From Lepidodermella squamata (lineage: Eukaryota; Animalia; Gastrotricha), in assembly GCA_047495785.1 (NCBI GenBank), contig JBLDXI010000031.1, positions 1,426,001 to 1,490,000 on the forward strand: a DNA stretch of 64,000 nucleotides, read 5' to 3'. The notes below the pieces were generated by a model. It saw only the letters and a list, made by a program, of their open reading frames with translations. It ran no database searches and was not told the origin of the DNA. The position numbers were made by a program, and so were the translations under genes. Below, in pieces: positions 37,592 to 49,042 of this stretch (positions are counted from its first letter, which is position 1; each line of letters starts with the position of its first letter).

Positions 37592-38614
37592 TTAAAACCG
37601 GTACCCATTCTCGTTTAGTTTAGTAAGAATTGTAGCAAAATCGTAATCTTCCTCAAAATCGCCGTCATACGAGAATATTTTGAGCCTATAAATCAGGTAT
37701 TCCATCTCAGCCATTCGATTCCCTCGAATGTAGTGAAAAGACACTGACATATCGGAACAACAATGCTTCCCATAGACGTAGCCATGCCGATCTCCGGCTG
37801 CCATCCATTTCGCATCATCCTCACTTGGGTATTGCGATTGGCCAGCGTCCCAGTGATGAAATCGCTGCCGACCTCGATCGTCCCTCGAATCGACCAATTT
37901 TACCCCTGATGAAGCTAGACAGCGACCCATGTTTACATCCTCATCATGCCACTGATCTAGATCGGTGATTTGAGGACATTTTTCAGGGTTATCGCGTATT
38001 TTGAAGCCCTTTTCAACTAAAAGTTTCAAAGCTGTTCTTGACAATACGTAACCAGCGCCTCCATCAGCGTAGTAAATTTGCTGGTCCTTAGGAATGACCA
38101 TCCAAGCATCCGACGCATTCGTCTCGATAAAATGCCTCCCGGTATAGATAGGATCGTCAGGGTTGTAATTCGTCCCTAGAAAGAACTTGAGATTCTCAAC
38201 TATGACAAAAGTATCTTCATCAGCTTTGAGGAACCAGTCGTAATCGTCGTACAAAGCTTGGTCGTAAGCCCACTGAAATGAATTTCGAACTTTGGTCCAC
38301 AAAGATCGGTAGTCACTGCTTGCGCTGAAGTTTTTCGCGCCTAGCTCTTCATCGTCTGAATCGCTGACAAAAACTAAGCCATCGCATCGTTTCCCCCATG
38401 TATCCTTCACGTAACTCGCTTGTTGGGCATGGTAATCCTTAGTTGTAGTCACTAAGCACATGAGGCGAACTTTTGCCAGAAGTTCCTGGGCGGCAGGGTC
38501 GACTTTCGAAGCATTTCTCAGCTTTTTTGTGATTGAGTAGCCTAATATAAACCCAATGGCGACTAGGAATATAGGAAAACAACTTTGCCTCAAATTTCTA
38601 CGCATAAAACTCAT
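37592..38614 (-). CDS. C1GALT1-like copy C, intronless, 340 aa
   Basis: Single ORF with TM segment, TWGKRCD, DWFLKADEDTF, GGAGYVLSR, EDVNMGRCL, CCSDMSVSFHY. Confidence 0.92.
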   Translation of the reverse strand: MSFMRRNLRQSCFPIFLVAIGFILGYSITKKLRNASKVDPAAQELLAKVRLMCLVTTTKDYHAQQASYVKDTWGKRCDGLVFVSDSDDEELGAKNFSASSDYRSLWTKVRNSFQWAYDQALYDDYDWFLKADEDTFVIVENLKFFLGTNYNPDDPIYTGRHFIETNASDAWMVIPKDQQIYYADGGAGYVLSRTALKLLVEKGFKIRDNPEKCPQITDLDQWHDEDVNMGRCLASSGVKLVDSRDDRGRQRFHHWDAGQSQYPSEDDAKWMAAGDRHGYVYGKHCCSDMSVSFHYIRGNRMAEMEYLIYRLKIFSYDGDFEEDYDFATILTKLNENGYRF

Positions 38615-38689
38615 TTTTTCAATGAATTGTTAAGATTTACTACGCTTAACACATTTAAGCACAGCACATGCACTGGATATAGGTGCGCG

Positions 38690-39701
38690 TCATTGTTTAT
38701 TGTTAACAATCTTGAGTTTGTTGAGCAAAAAATCCATCTCCAGCATACGGCTTCCTTTGATGTAGTGAAAACTGACTGCTTGATCTGAGCAGCAGGCTTC
38801 TCCCGCGGAATAACCGTGTCTATCTCCAGTTAGCATCCACGTGATGTGATCTCGGCCTGGTTTCAATTGATCTCCAGGCGTTAGGAAGTTGAATCTTTGC
38901 CGTAGAATGCGGTCTCTTGATTCGACCAGGGTCACATTCGCTGTTGCTAAGCAACGACCCATGTTCACATCTTCGTATGGCATGAAATGAGAATCATCAA
39001 GGCCAGGACAGGATTCCATAGAATTAGATCCTTTGAATGCTAAGTCAACCAGGTTTTTCACGCCCTTTCGCGAGATAACATAGCCAGCCCCGCCACTGGC
39101 GTAGAATCGTTTGTTATCCTCCGAGATGGACTGCAAGGGATGAGATGAATTCGTTTCGACAAAATGACGACCAGTGTAAATCGCCGAATCAGGATCGTAT
39201 TGACTAGCTAGGAAGTGCTTCAAGTTCTCGACTATCACGTAAGTGTCATCGTCAGCTTTCAAGAACCAATCGAACTGATCAACCGTTGACGAGTCGTAAA
39301 TCCATTGAAAAGCTGATCTAACCTATAATCAAACTTAGCAATCTGCTTTCGAAGAACTAATAAAACAAAGTACACACCTTAGGCCAGAGATGGGTGTATA
39401 ATGCGCTGCTGCTGAAATTTCTCGCGCCGAGTTTTTGATCGGTGTGATCACTTACAAAGATAAGCCCGTCACATTTTTTACCCCACGTTCGCTTCACGAA
39501 TTGAGCTCTTTCGGAATGAAACTTTCGTGTGGTCAGGACTAAACACATCAAACGGATATTAGGTAGAGATGTTGCAGCAATAGATTGCTCTGATCCGACC
39601 TCTTTGTCATGTTTAGACGAAGAATAACGACCTATTATGTAGCCTGAGGTTAACAATATCAGTGACACAGATAGATTTCGAAGCCCAACATTCATACTCA
39701 A
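38690..39701 (-). CDS. C1GALT1-like copy D; two exons, intron approx. 39377-39323
   Basis: TWGKKCD, LWPK-VRSAFQW, DWFLKADDDTY, SGGAGYVISR, EDVNMGRCL, CCSDQAVSFHY. Confidence 0.88.
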
Positions 39702-40737
39702 TTCGCTAGTAGAATTGTGAATGAAATTTTAATACCGAGAGAGAGATTGTCGCGTGTATCTTCTCTTAGCACGCTCTCTTAGCTTTTAATAAATTTATTC
39801 TGAAATATTTGCCCCGCTCTAGAACTATAAATTAAAGTCATCTTGCAAGTTGTTCCAACCTCTGCAAACTACATATTTTCTGTGATTTCTAGTTACAGTG
39901 ACTTTGACATAAATACCAAACTATCAACTATCAAGTCTCAACGCAAGCGAGGGCTGGAACCCTGCCTAATCAACATGAATGTGGAACCAAGGCCTATTTC
40001 TGATTTTATTTTACTATTTTACTTTGCGGGCGTCTTCTAACTCTGGGCGAATACCTCAGACGTAGTTGACGTCGTCCGCCATACGTAGTCCGCTGAGCAG
40101 CGTTCGCCCTAGCGTTTGGAGGAATTTAGGAAGACATCCTTAATGGAGTCGACTCCGACGTGAGTTATTATGCCAATTATTTCCGTTTCGAAGTGCAGAT
40201 CGAACAAGGCCCGAAGGCAGTGGGCTTGAATTTCCAACAATTTTCCATCAGAAGAGGGCGCAAGGCAGCGAAGGACAATTGTGTCGAATGAGGGGTTTCA
40301 CCGTTCCATCCATAATTGCCCCACATTTCAAGGATTGTCATTTGCGCCATCTCTGCTCTTCTATTTGCCTCTTAACATCACCCATATTAATTAGAACGCT
40401 ATCTGTAATAGATCATGATAGACTCGTAGTAAAGTTGCAGCTGTATACATATTTTGCAAGCCCTTGATTTTCAAAATGAACTACCGCATCCTACCAACCT
40501 TAACGTTGCGGAGTCAAATATACTTTTAAATGCCGCACTTTCTCGCACCTTGCCTTGTCATGGAATCTTAGGGATAGCGCACTATTTGCATTCTACATAT
40601 CCAAGGGTACGTTTGGATGCAAGGCTGTCTCGCCTACTCATCCAAAGATATATTCAGCTGGTCTGCCGAGCCTATTTAAGCGCAGCCGAGGATAGCTAAG
40701 GTATAAGTTTTGCAGATTGTCATCAAAAATTTCAGAA

Positions 40738-41172
40738 ATGCTGTCTTCCGCGTTCATTGCTGCTCTGACTCTCGCCTTTGTCGTCGCTGCACCACCTCCC
40801 CCGCCTTCTGAAGATGAGTTTCCCCAACCTTCGTTGCTGCCTATTGATGAAGAGCTTCCACTTCCTCCGCCTATTGACGACGAATTCCAGGGCAGGTATT
40901 CCCCGAATGGCCAGGTTTACGAAGTGAGTGATGCCGAGAGGTGCAGTCTCGCGTGCGAGGAGAGCTTCGAGATGACCTTCTCTTTCTACGAGGAGGATAC
41001 CAAGGTATGTAACTGTTTCTACGACAACCCCGATGATCCGAACGCTCAGCACACATGGTTTGGCGCCATGACTAGTGATGATGCCGAGTGCAAGGGCTTC
41101 TGCGACGTCCAGGACAACGTCCTCCCCCACCACTACAACCCCAATAACTCTTTCTGCGAGTGCCATTATTAA
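40738..41172 (+). CDS. Small secreted precursor (144 aa): signal peptide, acidic Pro-rich pro-region, two tandem CxxxC...CxC modules
   Basis: Hydrophobic N-terminus MLSSAFIAALTLAFVVA; repeats SDAERCSLAC...VCNCFY and SDDAECKGFC...FCECHY; upstream TATTTAAG at ~40673; AATAAA at ~41230. Confidence 0.75.
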   Translation: MLSSAFIAALTLAFVVAAPPPPPSEDEFPQPSLLPIDEELPLPPPIDDEFQGRYSPNGQVYEVSDAERCSLACEESFEMTFSFYEEDTKVCNCFYDNPDDPNAQHTWFGAMTSDDAECKGFCDVQDNVLPHHYNPNNSFCECHY

Positions 41173-41886
41173 GTTACGACGGGAAGTCACGGGTGGAGGG
41201 TGCATATGAATATTAACCTATAATGCCAAAATAAAGCATAGCATTAACCTTAATCAGACCAAGTCAAAAATCCGTCAGATGCCTACAGTTTCATCGGTGT
41301 AATAACCAAGGGAAACACGGAAAAAACGAATAAAAAGGGATGAGGGATTCTTTTAATTTTTAATTCTTCAATTCAATGCTCGCTCGCTGAATGCTTGCTA
41401 AAACCTGCTTGCCTTCAAACCCAAAATTTTTTGATTCTAAGCCTGATAACCACTCTGCATTTCATATTTACATTGTTTCCTTGTGACAAAAGACATGTGA
41501 ACTGTCATTGGAACGATTTTGGGATTAACAGCTGATTAGGTAGCCCTTGGAATCGATGACAGCTTGGAGGCGGGTTAGCATCGAATCTATCACAGGTTGT
41601 TGATTGTTTCCTTGGGATTTCAGCCAAAAGGCGATTGACCGCTGCCTCCTGATTTTTCTCGAGACGCAATTTCGGTGTCACGATGTGGCAGCAAGTGTAA
41701 CTGTAAAAAGGAAGGGCTGAAGTGCGGACGACCAGATGATCCGCTTTAGGTCTACAATAGTTAGATTGGAAAGTGAGCACTGCAGCGTGGGAGCATTATC
41801 ATTAGGATGAGTTTAAGCCGAATACCTTTACTTCAGCATTGATAATAATAATAATCGAGTGACTTTATTTTGTAAATCTTTTTCTA

Positions 41887-43011
41887 CTAAATGTTTGACT
41901 GTACAAACTCTTCGTCCACTTGTGCAGGATTGAATTGCTTCGGCGCATCTGCTTGGCTTGGCGTGCCAGAGCAGAAGTATCCGTTCGCACATAGCCGCTG
42001 TAAAATCGTATCGCCACTCTCCCTAGCCATATCATGCGCCGAGAAAAGCTTCAACTTGTAAATGTAGTAGTACGTTTCCATTTGCATGTAGTCCCTAACA
42101 TAATGGAAAGACCATGAAAGCGGCGAACAGCAAGCTAGACCAGTTTTGAACCCATCCATATCATAATACGTCATCTGATGCGTATAATCATCATTAGGCG
42201 CAATTTCCTCGCCAACAGGTAAGTAATGACCGGTTTGCTCATTAGTTACAGGGTCAATCGGGGACAGCAATCTGACACCAGCTGCCTCCAAACACCGGCC
42301 AGTGTTTAGATCTTCATAAGTCTCTTCTTCATCAACAGCTAACGGACAATTTTCCGGACCGGAGGTGTAACCATCTTCGACTAGCCTAGCCAGCCCAGCT
42401 CTTGAAATCGCGTAGCCAGGGCCTCCAGGGGCGTAACCATCCTCCATACGACGCGTCGGGTCTATGAACCGCCGGCCGAAGTAAACCGGTTCATTCGGGT
42501 CGTGAAAAGCCAGCCAATACTTCAAATTCTCCACAACTAAGAACGTATCATCATCGCATTTCAAGAACCAATCGAAATCGTTCAGATAATTGTCGTAAGC
42601 CCATTTGAAACTGCGCTTGACCTTAGCCCATATTTCGTAGTAGTCGCTCGATGTGTGAAATTTTTTCGCCCCGATTTCTTCGTCGTCTTCATCGCTTACA
42701 AACACCAAACCGTCGCATTTAGCTCCCCAGGTTTCCTTGATGAATTTGCCACTTGTTTCGTGATTTTCCGCCGTAGTCAAGACCAGACACAGGATTCGAA
42801 CACTTTTGATAGTTTGCTGAAAAGCCAGTTCCATTTTCGGGTCAGGATGAGGGATTTTCGAGACTGAAATAGCCGCTTTCATGTCTGCTATCAGGCCTTT
42901 GAATTGGGAGAACAAGTCGCTTTGAGACACGTTGCTTGACCACAAGACTCCAAAAGCGAATCCGCCGAGGAAAAGCGAGCAGCCAGTCATGACTGCTGAT
43001 AAGCGAAGCAT
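41887..43011 (-). CDS. C1GALT1-like copy E, intronless
   Basis: TM segment, TWGAKCD, DWFLKCDDDTF, GGPGYAISR, EDLNTGRCL, CCSPLSWSFHY. Confidence 0.92.
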   Translation of the reverse strand: MLRLSAVMTGCSLFLGGFAFGVLWSSNVSQSDLFSQFKGLIADMKAAISVSKIPHPDPKMELAFQQTIKSVRILCLVLTTAENHETSGKFIKETWGAKCDGLVFVSDEDDEEIGAKKFHTSSDYYEIWAKVKRSFKWAYDNYLNDFDWFLKCDDDTFLVVENLKYWLAFHDPNEPVYFGRRFIDPTRRMEDGYAPGGPGYAISRAGLARLVEDGYTSGPENCPLAVDEEETYEDLNTGRCLEAAGVRLLSPIDPVTNEQTGHYLPVGEEIAPNDDYTHQMTYYDMDGFKTGLACCSPLSWSFHYVRDYMQMETYYYIYKLKLFSAHDMARESGDTILQRLCANGYFCSGTPSQADAPKQFNPAQVDEEFVQSNI

Positions 43012-43559
43012 GGTTATGTGAGTTATGGTTAGTTTTTTAGTTAGTAGCCTACTAGCTACAACTTCAATCAAATAATTTGAGCAGCTGTCACTTATCTCAT
43101 GAGAAACAACCACTGAGATGACTTAGACCATCACTGACTTCCTCATAACAACATCGCTGCGCTCATCCGTCTACACTTTGGTTCGGTAGATTAAAAAAGT
43201 AATAATATCACCAGCTAGTTGCTGAGGAAGTGTGTAAAACCTATTCTAAAATTAATTCCAGATCATCCCAGTGGGCTCAGGCTGAGCCTAGAATATCTCC
43301 TCATTTCTACGTCTCGAATTTTGCACCTTTTTTACTGGTTTCTATAAATGGACCATCCTGTCTATGTTTGTTATCTAGTTTGTTTTATTATCTGCCGCCT
43401 GCTATCGATCTTCATTTTAGATTATGTCAATACAAAGAACAAACATAAGGCAGCAACAAAACACGTTCCAAAGCTTCGGAGTGGCTGTTGGAGCATCGAT
43501 TTTTTACCTTTCTCCTTTTTGTCAAATCCCATACACAAATTGTCCTTGCCGCAAGGAAC

Positions 43560-44747
43560 ATGTTTTCCTATGAATTAACTCTGATGGCGCTTTCACTGAC
43601 TACTATTAGCCTAGCTCAGGACAATAATCCATTTTCGCCGACTGAATCACGACTAAGGCGATACTTTCACCTTCAATGCGACGTGTTTGAAAGGACGATC
43701 CCGCGCAACTCATACAGCCCGATTGTGGTTGATCTTGAATTTGAACCAATTTATTTTCGTGGGCTGATCGAGCAAACGGAAACCGTCAGCATTACGGCTG
43801 AACTGACACTCTACTGGAGACATCCATGTGTCCAGTGGAATATTTCCGACTGGGATGGTGTCAAATGGTTTTCTATGGACACTTCAACAACGTGGCACCC
43901 GGTCATTCAGCTAATGAACTCTGAAGACGACATGTACTTGCAGAATCTCTTCGAACGCGGCAATGTTCGATACAACTACGATGGCTCAGTATCGTTTCTG
44001 TCGGACGGAACTGTCTCAGCAAAATGTCCTTTAGAGTAGGTCATATCCCAAAACCATTTTTGGTAATCAAGTAATTTTACTTCTAGCTTGCTGAAGTTCC
44101 CGTTCGATGAACAGAATTGTACGTTTAATGTTGAAATGGCCCTGACTTCGAAACACACAAAAATAAACAATTTGGCCTTTGCTATTATGACCGAAGCAGA
44201 GGGTCGGTTCATAACGGAGGTTGACGTTTGGACACTTGAGGGGGTTGAGTACTCTAAACTGCTGATCGCTTACGCTGACGATCCAACGGCTTATTTCGAT
44301 CGTGGAGCGTTCTCACTGCACCTTAAACGCCGTCCTTCGCTTTATGTCATCAACATCTTTCTACCATGCATGTTTCTCACAATTCTCCTAATCGGATGCG
44401 GGTTCCTCCAACCCGACGCTCCCGATAGGCCCACGTTCTGTGGCACTGTGGTCCTAGCTTTCTCGGTTTATCAGTCAATCATCAGCAACATGATACCGAG
44501 CTCGAGTCAAATACCGTACACGCTTCTCTTTGTTGTCTGTCACCAGGCTGCCTCTGTGTTGTGTACATTGTATACCCTAATAGCCAACGAACTTGCAAAA
44601 CGAGCTGCCTTTCAACAGAAAGTAAGAATAGGAGCTTTACGAATGTCCTTAATTCGTTTGGTGGATGCCTTATTCTTCGGCATAACGGCTCTTATTGCAG
44701 TCTCCGTAGATGCGTACATTTTTTGTAAACTGCTATCCATTTTATAA
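43560..44747 (+). CDS. Cys-loop ligand-gated ion channel subunit 1 (divergent nAChR-like, non-alpha), ~378 aa; exons 43560-44035 and 44087-44747
   Basis: Signal peptide, W.P.I.L.NS, spliced Cys-loop CPLDLLKFPFDEQNC (C-x13-C), LKRRP followed by four TM helices. Confidence 0.9.
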
Positions 44748-45604
44748 CCATCAAGTACCTATTGAAAGCCTTAGCATAATATGATTATGCGCTTAGATAG
44801 CCGGAGTTTGTCCAAATTTAGAACCTTCATTGAAATCAATAAAATCTTCAGAGCAACGCACACATAAAAGCTCTTAGAGCCAATATCAATTGCGAAGGCC
44901 GATTTCTGGCATTGATTTTATTACAATTGAGAGCGAATATTTTGTCAGTCAAGACTTTTTTCCAATTTGAAAAGCGCAATATTTCAGCCAAGGCGGAAGC
45001 TGGATATGTTCAGGCAATTTTTCAATTGTCTAGAGCTCAACCACCGTAATTCGTAGCGTCGCAGCCGAAATGTCTGCAAATAAAACTGGTCCTGAAGTTT
45101 GTAGAACGGCATGAAACCACCAGGAGTTGTTATATGTAGACATCGAATGATCCACTTCAACTAAATTAAATTAAGCTTCACACTTCGCGACTTTCAGCTA
45201 ATTGTAAATTATAAGCAAAGTCCTCAAATATTGCCGGTGAGTGGCAGCAGAGGATTTCGGGTTTCAGCGCCGTTTAGGGTTTAGGGTGTGAAACTCATGT
45301 CGCAGATTAACGGATATTACTATCTGTGTCAATGTCAATCCCGAATTTCTTTTGATTTTGCAGAAGAAGTACGAAATAAAATTCAGTAACGGCTATGCGT
45401 CATGCTAACTTGAAAAATAAATGGCTGGCGAGTTGGGCCTCGCGCGAGCTACTGCGTATTAAGGGTGCAAAAAATTGAATGATAAATGGAATAAAACACA
45501 AGAAACTTGGCCAGGATTCATTTTGCTTTCTCCAAGCTTCATTCGACTCGTCTTGCTTTTCAAGAAACATTTCAGGTCCGTTCCGTCATAAATTACATGC
45601 GGCT

Positions 45605-48600
45605 ATGGCAAATGCGTGCAGTAACTTCGTGCAGATGCGAGCTGATTATAACTTGAAATCGAAAAGCCAGCTACAGGTTCTCGATTTTGCTCGGCCTTTT
45701 ATTACCAAAGGCATCGAAGCCTTTGCCGGAGAGTTGAAACTTCCGCTGATTTTTGCTGACTACGGCTGCAGCACTGGTGCCAACAGCTCAATTGCAATGG
45801 ACGCTCTTATCACCGAAATGCGAGCCAAATACGGCTTCGAAGCTACCAATTCAGTACTTGCAGTCCATGCAGATTTGCCGCAGAATAACTGGAACGAATT
45901 TTTCAACTTTATGAACCGTGATCGCCAGTGTTATATCAAGCAGCACGTCGGTGTAAAATGCCTAGCAGCCGGCTTCTCATTCTATGAGCAAATCTTGCCT
46001 GACAGCAGTTTGCATGTCGGTTTTTCAAACTTGTCTGTCCACTGGGTGTCAGAAATTCCGTGCAAGCTTGATAGCCATATTTTTTCTGATTTGGCTAGCG
46101 ACAACGAGAAGGCGATTTGGGCGAAGCAAGCCCAGGCCGATTGGAAGTCGTTCCTTCAGCACCGAGCGAAAGAATTAGGTAAGGAGGGTAGAGTTTGCGT
46201 TGGGTTTAGGGCTAGAATCAGGATTAGAGCGAGGGATAAACTTAAGTAGAGAGCAGGAATTCCGGTAAGATTCAGGTTTTGGGCTTGAGGCTAAGACAGA
46301 ACCCATCTCGCCCTAGTTCAGAAGAATGGAGAAAATCATTCAATTAATAGAAATCTCCGCTGTATGTAGAGGCATTGGGTGGTATTCTCGAAGCGGTTTT
46401 ATTGATGTTAAGACCAAACCGGGTATAGACGTGGTTTCATGTAGACCAAATCAAATTAGCGTTTGGTTTTAGGATTGTCCACGAATTTTTGTCGATTGTT
46501 CTTTTGGTACATTCAATTGTTATGAAACACAGAAGTTGGGACAAATGGCTAAAATAGCTGTTAATCCGGCGATGGATAGCTTTCTTTAAAACCAAGTTTT
46601 AAATTTTAAAACCGAACTGTTTCAAACCCCCCGTTAAAACCACCAGTTCAGTCCAAATGTACCCATGAGCTGTAGACCTGCCCCCTACCAGGTCTACACA
46701 TTTGGAGTTTTTTTTCTAGAAAAATCTGGTTTCAGCTTCTCATGAACGAGAAAACTGAAACCCGAGTTCTAAAAACGATATTAGAACCCAAGATTAGCCC
46801 CGCGTAGTGAATACGAACCAGTTCAACAGTTTGCATCGATGAAGTAACGAGAACTCTATACCGATCTAAGGCTAAGACTGAGGACAGGGTCTAATCTCGG
46901 CTAATAGGCGACGAAACTTTACGCATTAGCGAAAAACAAACTTCATGAAAAACTCTGAAACCACCTCTTACGATCAGCGTAATTTAAAACAGCTGGTTAA
47001 TTTGCATATTCCGATATTTTATTCACCCGTGTTATTACATCGGAATGTACCTACATTTGTTCAGCAGAAATTTTTTGAAGGGGTTTCCTGCCTGGCTATA
47101 TAAAAATAGAAAATAGTTGACCAATTATTCATCAAAAGCTCGATTTGAATAAATCTGAATATTTCTCATATGAAACGATTAGTGCGGATTCATATTCAGT
47201 AGCCTTCGTTTTCATTGGCTAATAAATTCACCTTCTCGCTAATTTAATCGCTAATTTAATCAAAAAATTGTATCTTATTTTTCTGACAATAAATTATTTA
47301 GTACTCGCGCTACAGCCTGCATTCATATTTAAAATGTGAAATTTAAGGTAGATAAGTGGTCAATTTCAGGCTGAGATTAATGTGACATAACTATATCCAA
47401 ATTCTGGGATCGTAAAATAATGCCACAGTCATTCGACTCGAGGTAACACCTAGTAAACAAATGAGCTGAGTTACCTGAAAATGATAGGGTAACCTGGCCG
47501 ATTTTACGTGTAAAATGCGCGAAAAATATGTGAAATTTAAATGGAATGAAGCAATAAATCATCATGTTAGTTTGGGCCAGATGGTTCATATAAACAAACG
47601 CGGCCATGTTAAATCACATGTCACACAACCTACCCAATTTCGTCAAGATCGCTACTACCTCCAAGAATTGATTTTATCTGTTTTGGACGGTGTTTTGATT
47701 TAGCCAATTTAGTATGGCAGTCATTTTCCCGGTCAGGTGGTTCGATAAAGGGTAATAATTTTGAATATCAGGGCTTTCATGACAAAATCGCCGAGAATTT
47801 TCAATTAACTTGAATCGAATCGAAATGATCGCATGAACCATCGCATGCTTTGTAACCATAAACACCCGAGTTTCAGGCATCACGTCGTCAAGGGAAAGCT
47901 CCCAGGTAACGCATCAAAGGCCATTTCCACGTTAGGCTTGCCGAGACGAATTTAAAGGTATCAAACTCAAGGTATTAGCGTAACTGGATGAGGTGGCCGA
48001 AATTAAGGCGCCCAGTTCCCCATTCCAACAATTCCACATTTTCCAAAATATTCCGAATTCGAACTTTCTTTTCGTAATTTTTCGTAATTTTAACATGATT
48101 GTTACGCGAACTAATTAGTCTAATAAAGTCTACAGTTAATCCCCGATCAGAAACTGAACTCGTTTTATATACGCAAGAATAAGCTCTTGGTCTTGTTCAG
48201 ACCGAAAATGTTTTTGGTTTGGTCTTATAAAACTTGGTTTAAATGTAAACTGCTTCGAGAATACCACCCATTCTGTTTAACCCTAATCCTAGGGTATATA
48301 GACTCGAGATTGGATCGATTAGCTTTCTTTCGGATTTGAGCTTCCGATCAACCTCAATTCATTTGTTTTCTCTTTCAGTAACTGGAGGCGTTCTTGTTAC
48401 AAACGTATTTTCTGGCGGCAATGTCCTCAACCGAATGTTCAATGCTATCTTCGACTCAGCCAATGAAATGGTTAACTCAGGCTTGATTAGCAAGCAAGAG
48501 CTAACCGACTTCAACCTTCCTATAGTGACGCGGACTCTCTACGATGCAACAGACGATGATCTGCTCAAACCACTTGGCCTACAAGTCGTGGTTGCCGAGA

Positions 48601-48878
48601 TCTGCGAGCCTTGCAACAACGTTTTCTACGACGACTATCTGTCTCACGGTGACTATAGCCGCTTTTTAGACGATATGGCGTCCATCTTAGAGCCTGCATT
48701 TGACGCTACGTTTGCGACCGCCCTGTCGCCGAATAGATCGTCTGAAGAAAAAGCCGCACTCTGCTCCAAGTTATGGTCAACCTACAGAATTTTCCTGGAG
48801 AAGAGCAACCCCAATGCCACCGACCTAGCTTCAACTTGGGGAAACATGTTTGTTGTGCTTAAGAAAATGAGTCATTGA
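45605..48878 (+). CDS. SAM-dependent carboxyl methyltransferase, SABATH/Methyltransf_7 family, ~357 aa; exons 45605-46178 and 48379-48878
   Basis: YNLKSKSQ, ADYGCSTGANS, DLPQNNWN, SFYEQILPDSSLH, HWVSEIP, QAQADWKSFLQHRAKEL|VTGG (motif completed across the splice), ELTDFNLP. Confidence 0.9.
46377..48269. mobile_element. Non-autonomous TIR element (PIF/Harbinger-like), 1.9 kb, in the methyltransferase intron
   Basis: ATT|GGGTGGTATTCTCGAAGCGGTTT ... AAACTGCTTCGAGAATACCACCC|ATT: ~23-bp TIRs starting GGG and a 3-bp ATT duplication. Confidence 0.75.
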
Positions 48879-49042
48879 AAGCTGCAATCTATTCCCATGC
48901 CGGTCGCAAAGTCTCAATCTTAATCAGCCAACAAAACATTAATAAACGTTGAGGATAATAAATAAATCGTATGCATTTACGAAGTTTACGATGATTTATT
49001 GAAATTTCGAATCATTTTTATGAGTACAATAAAAAACAAACA

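Noticed and set aside
39890-40291. Possible small exon(s) (EDILNGVDSDVSYYANYFRFEVQIEQ...)
   Set aside because: No start codon, coherent splice chain or recognisable motif could be established.
45270-48300. Telomere-like TTAGGG/CCCTAA traces (45274, ~46200-46290, ~48280; similar degenerate hexamers at ~1020-1190)
   Set aside because: Only one or two exact units each, consistent with decayed simple repeats rather than a telomere or a defined element.
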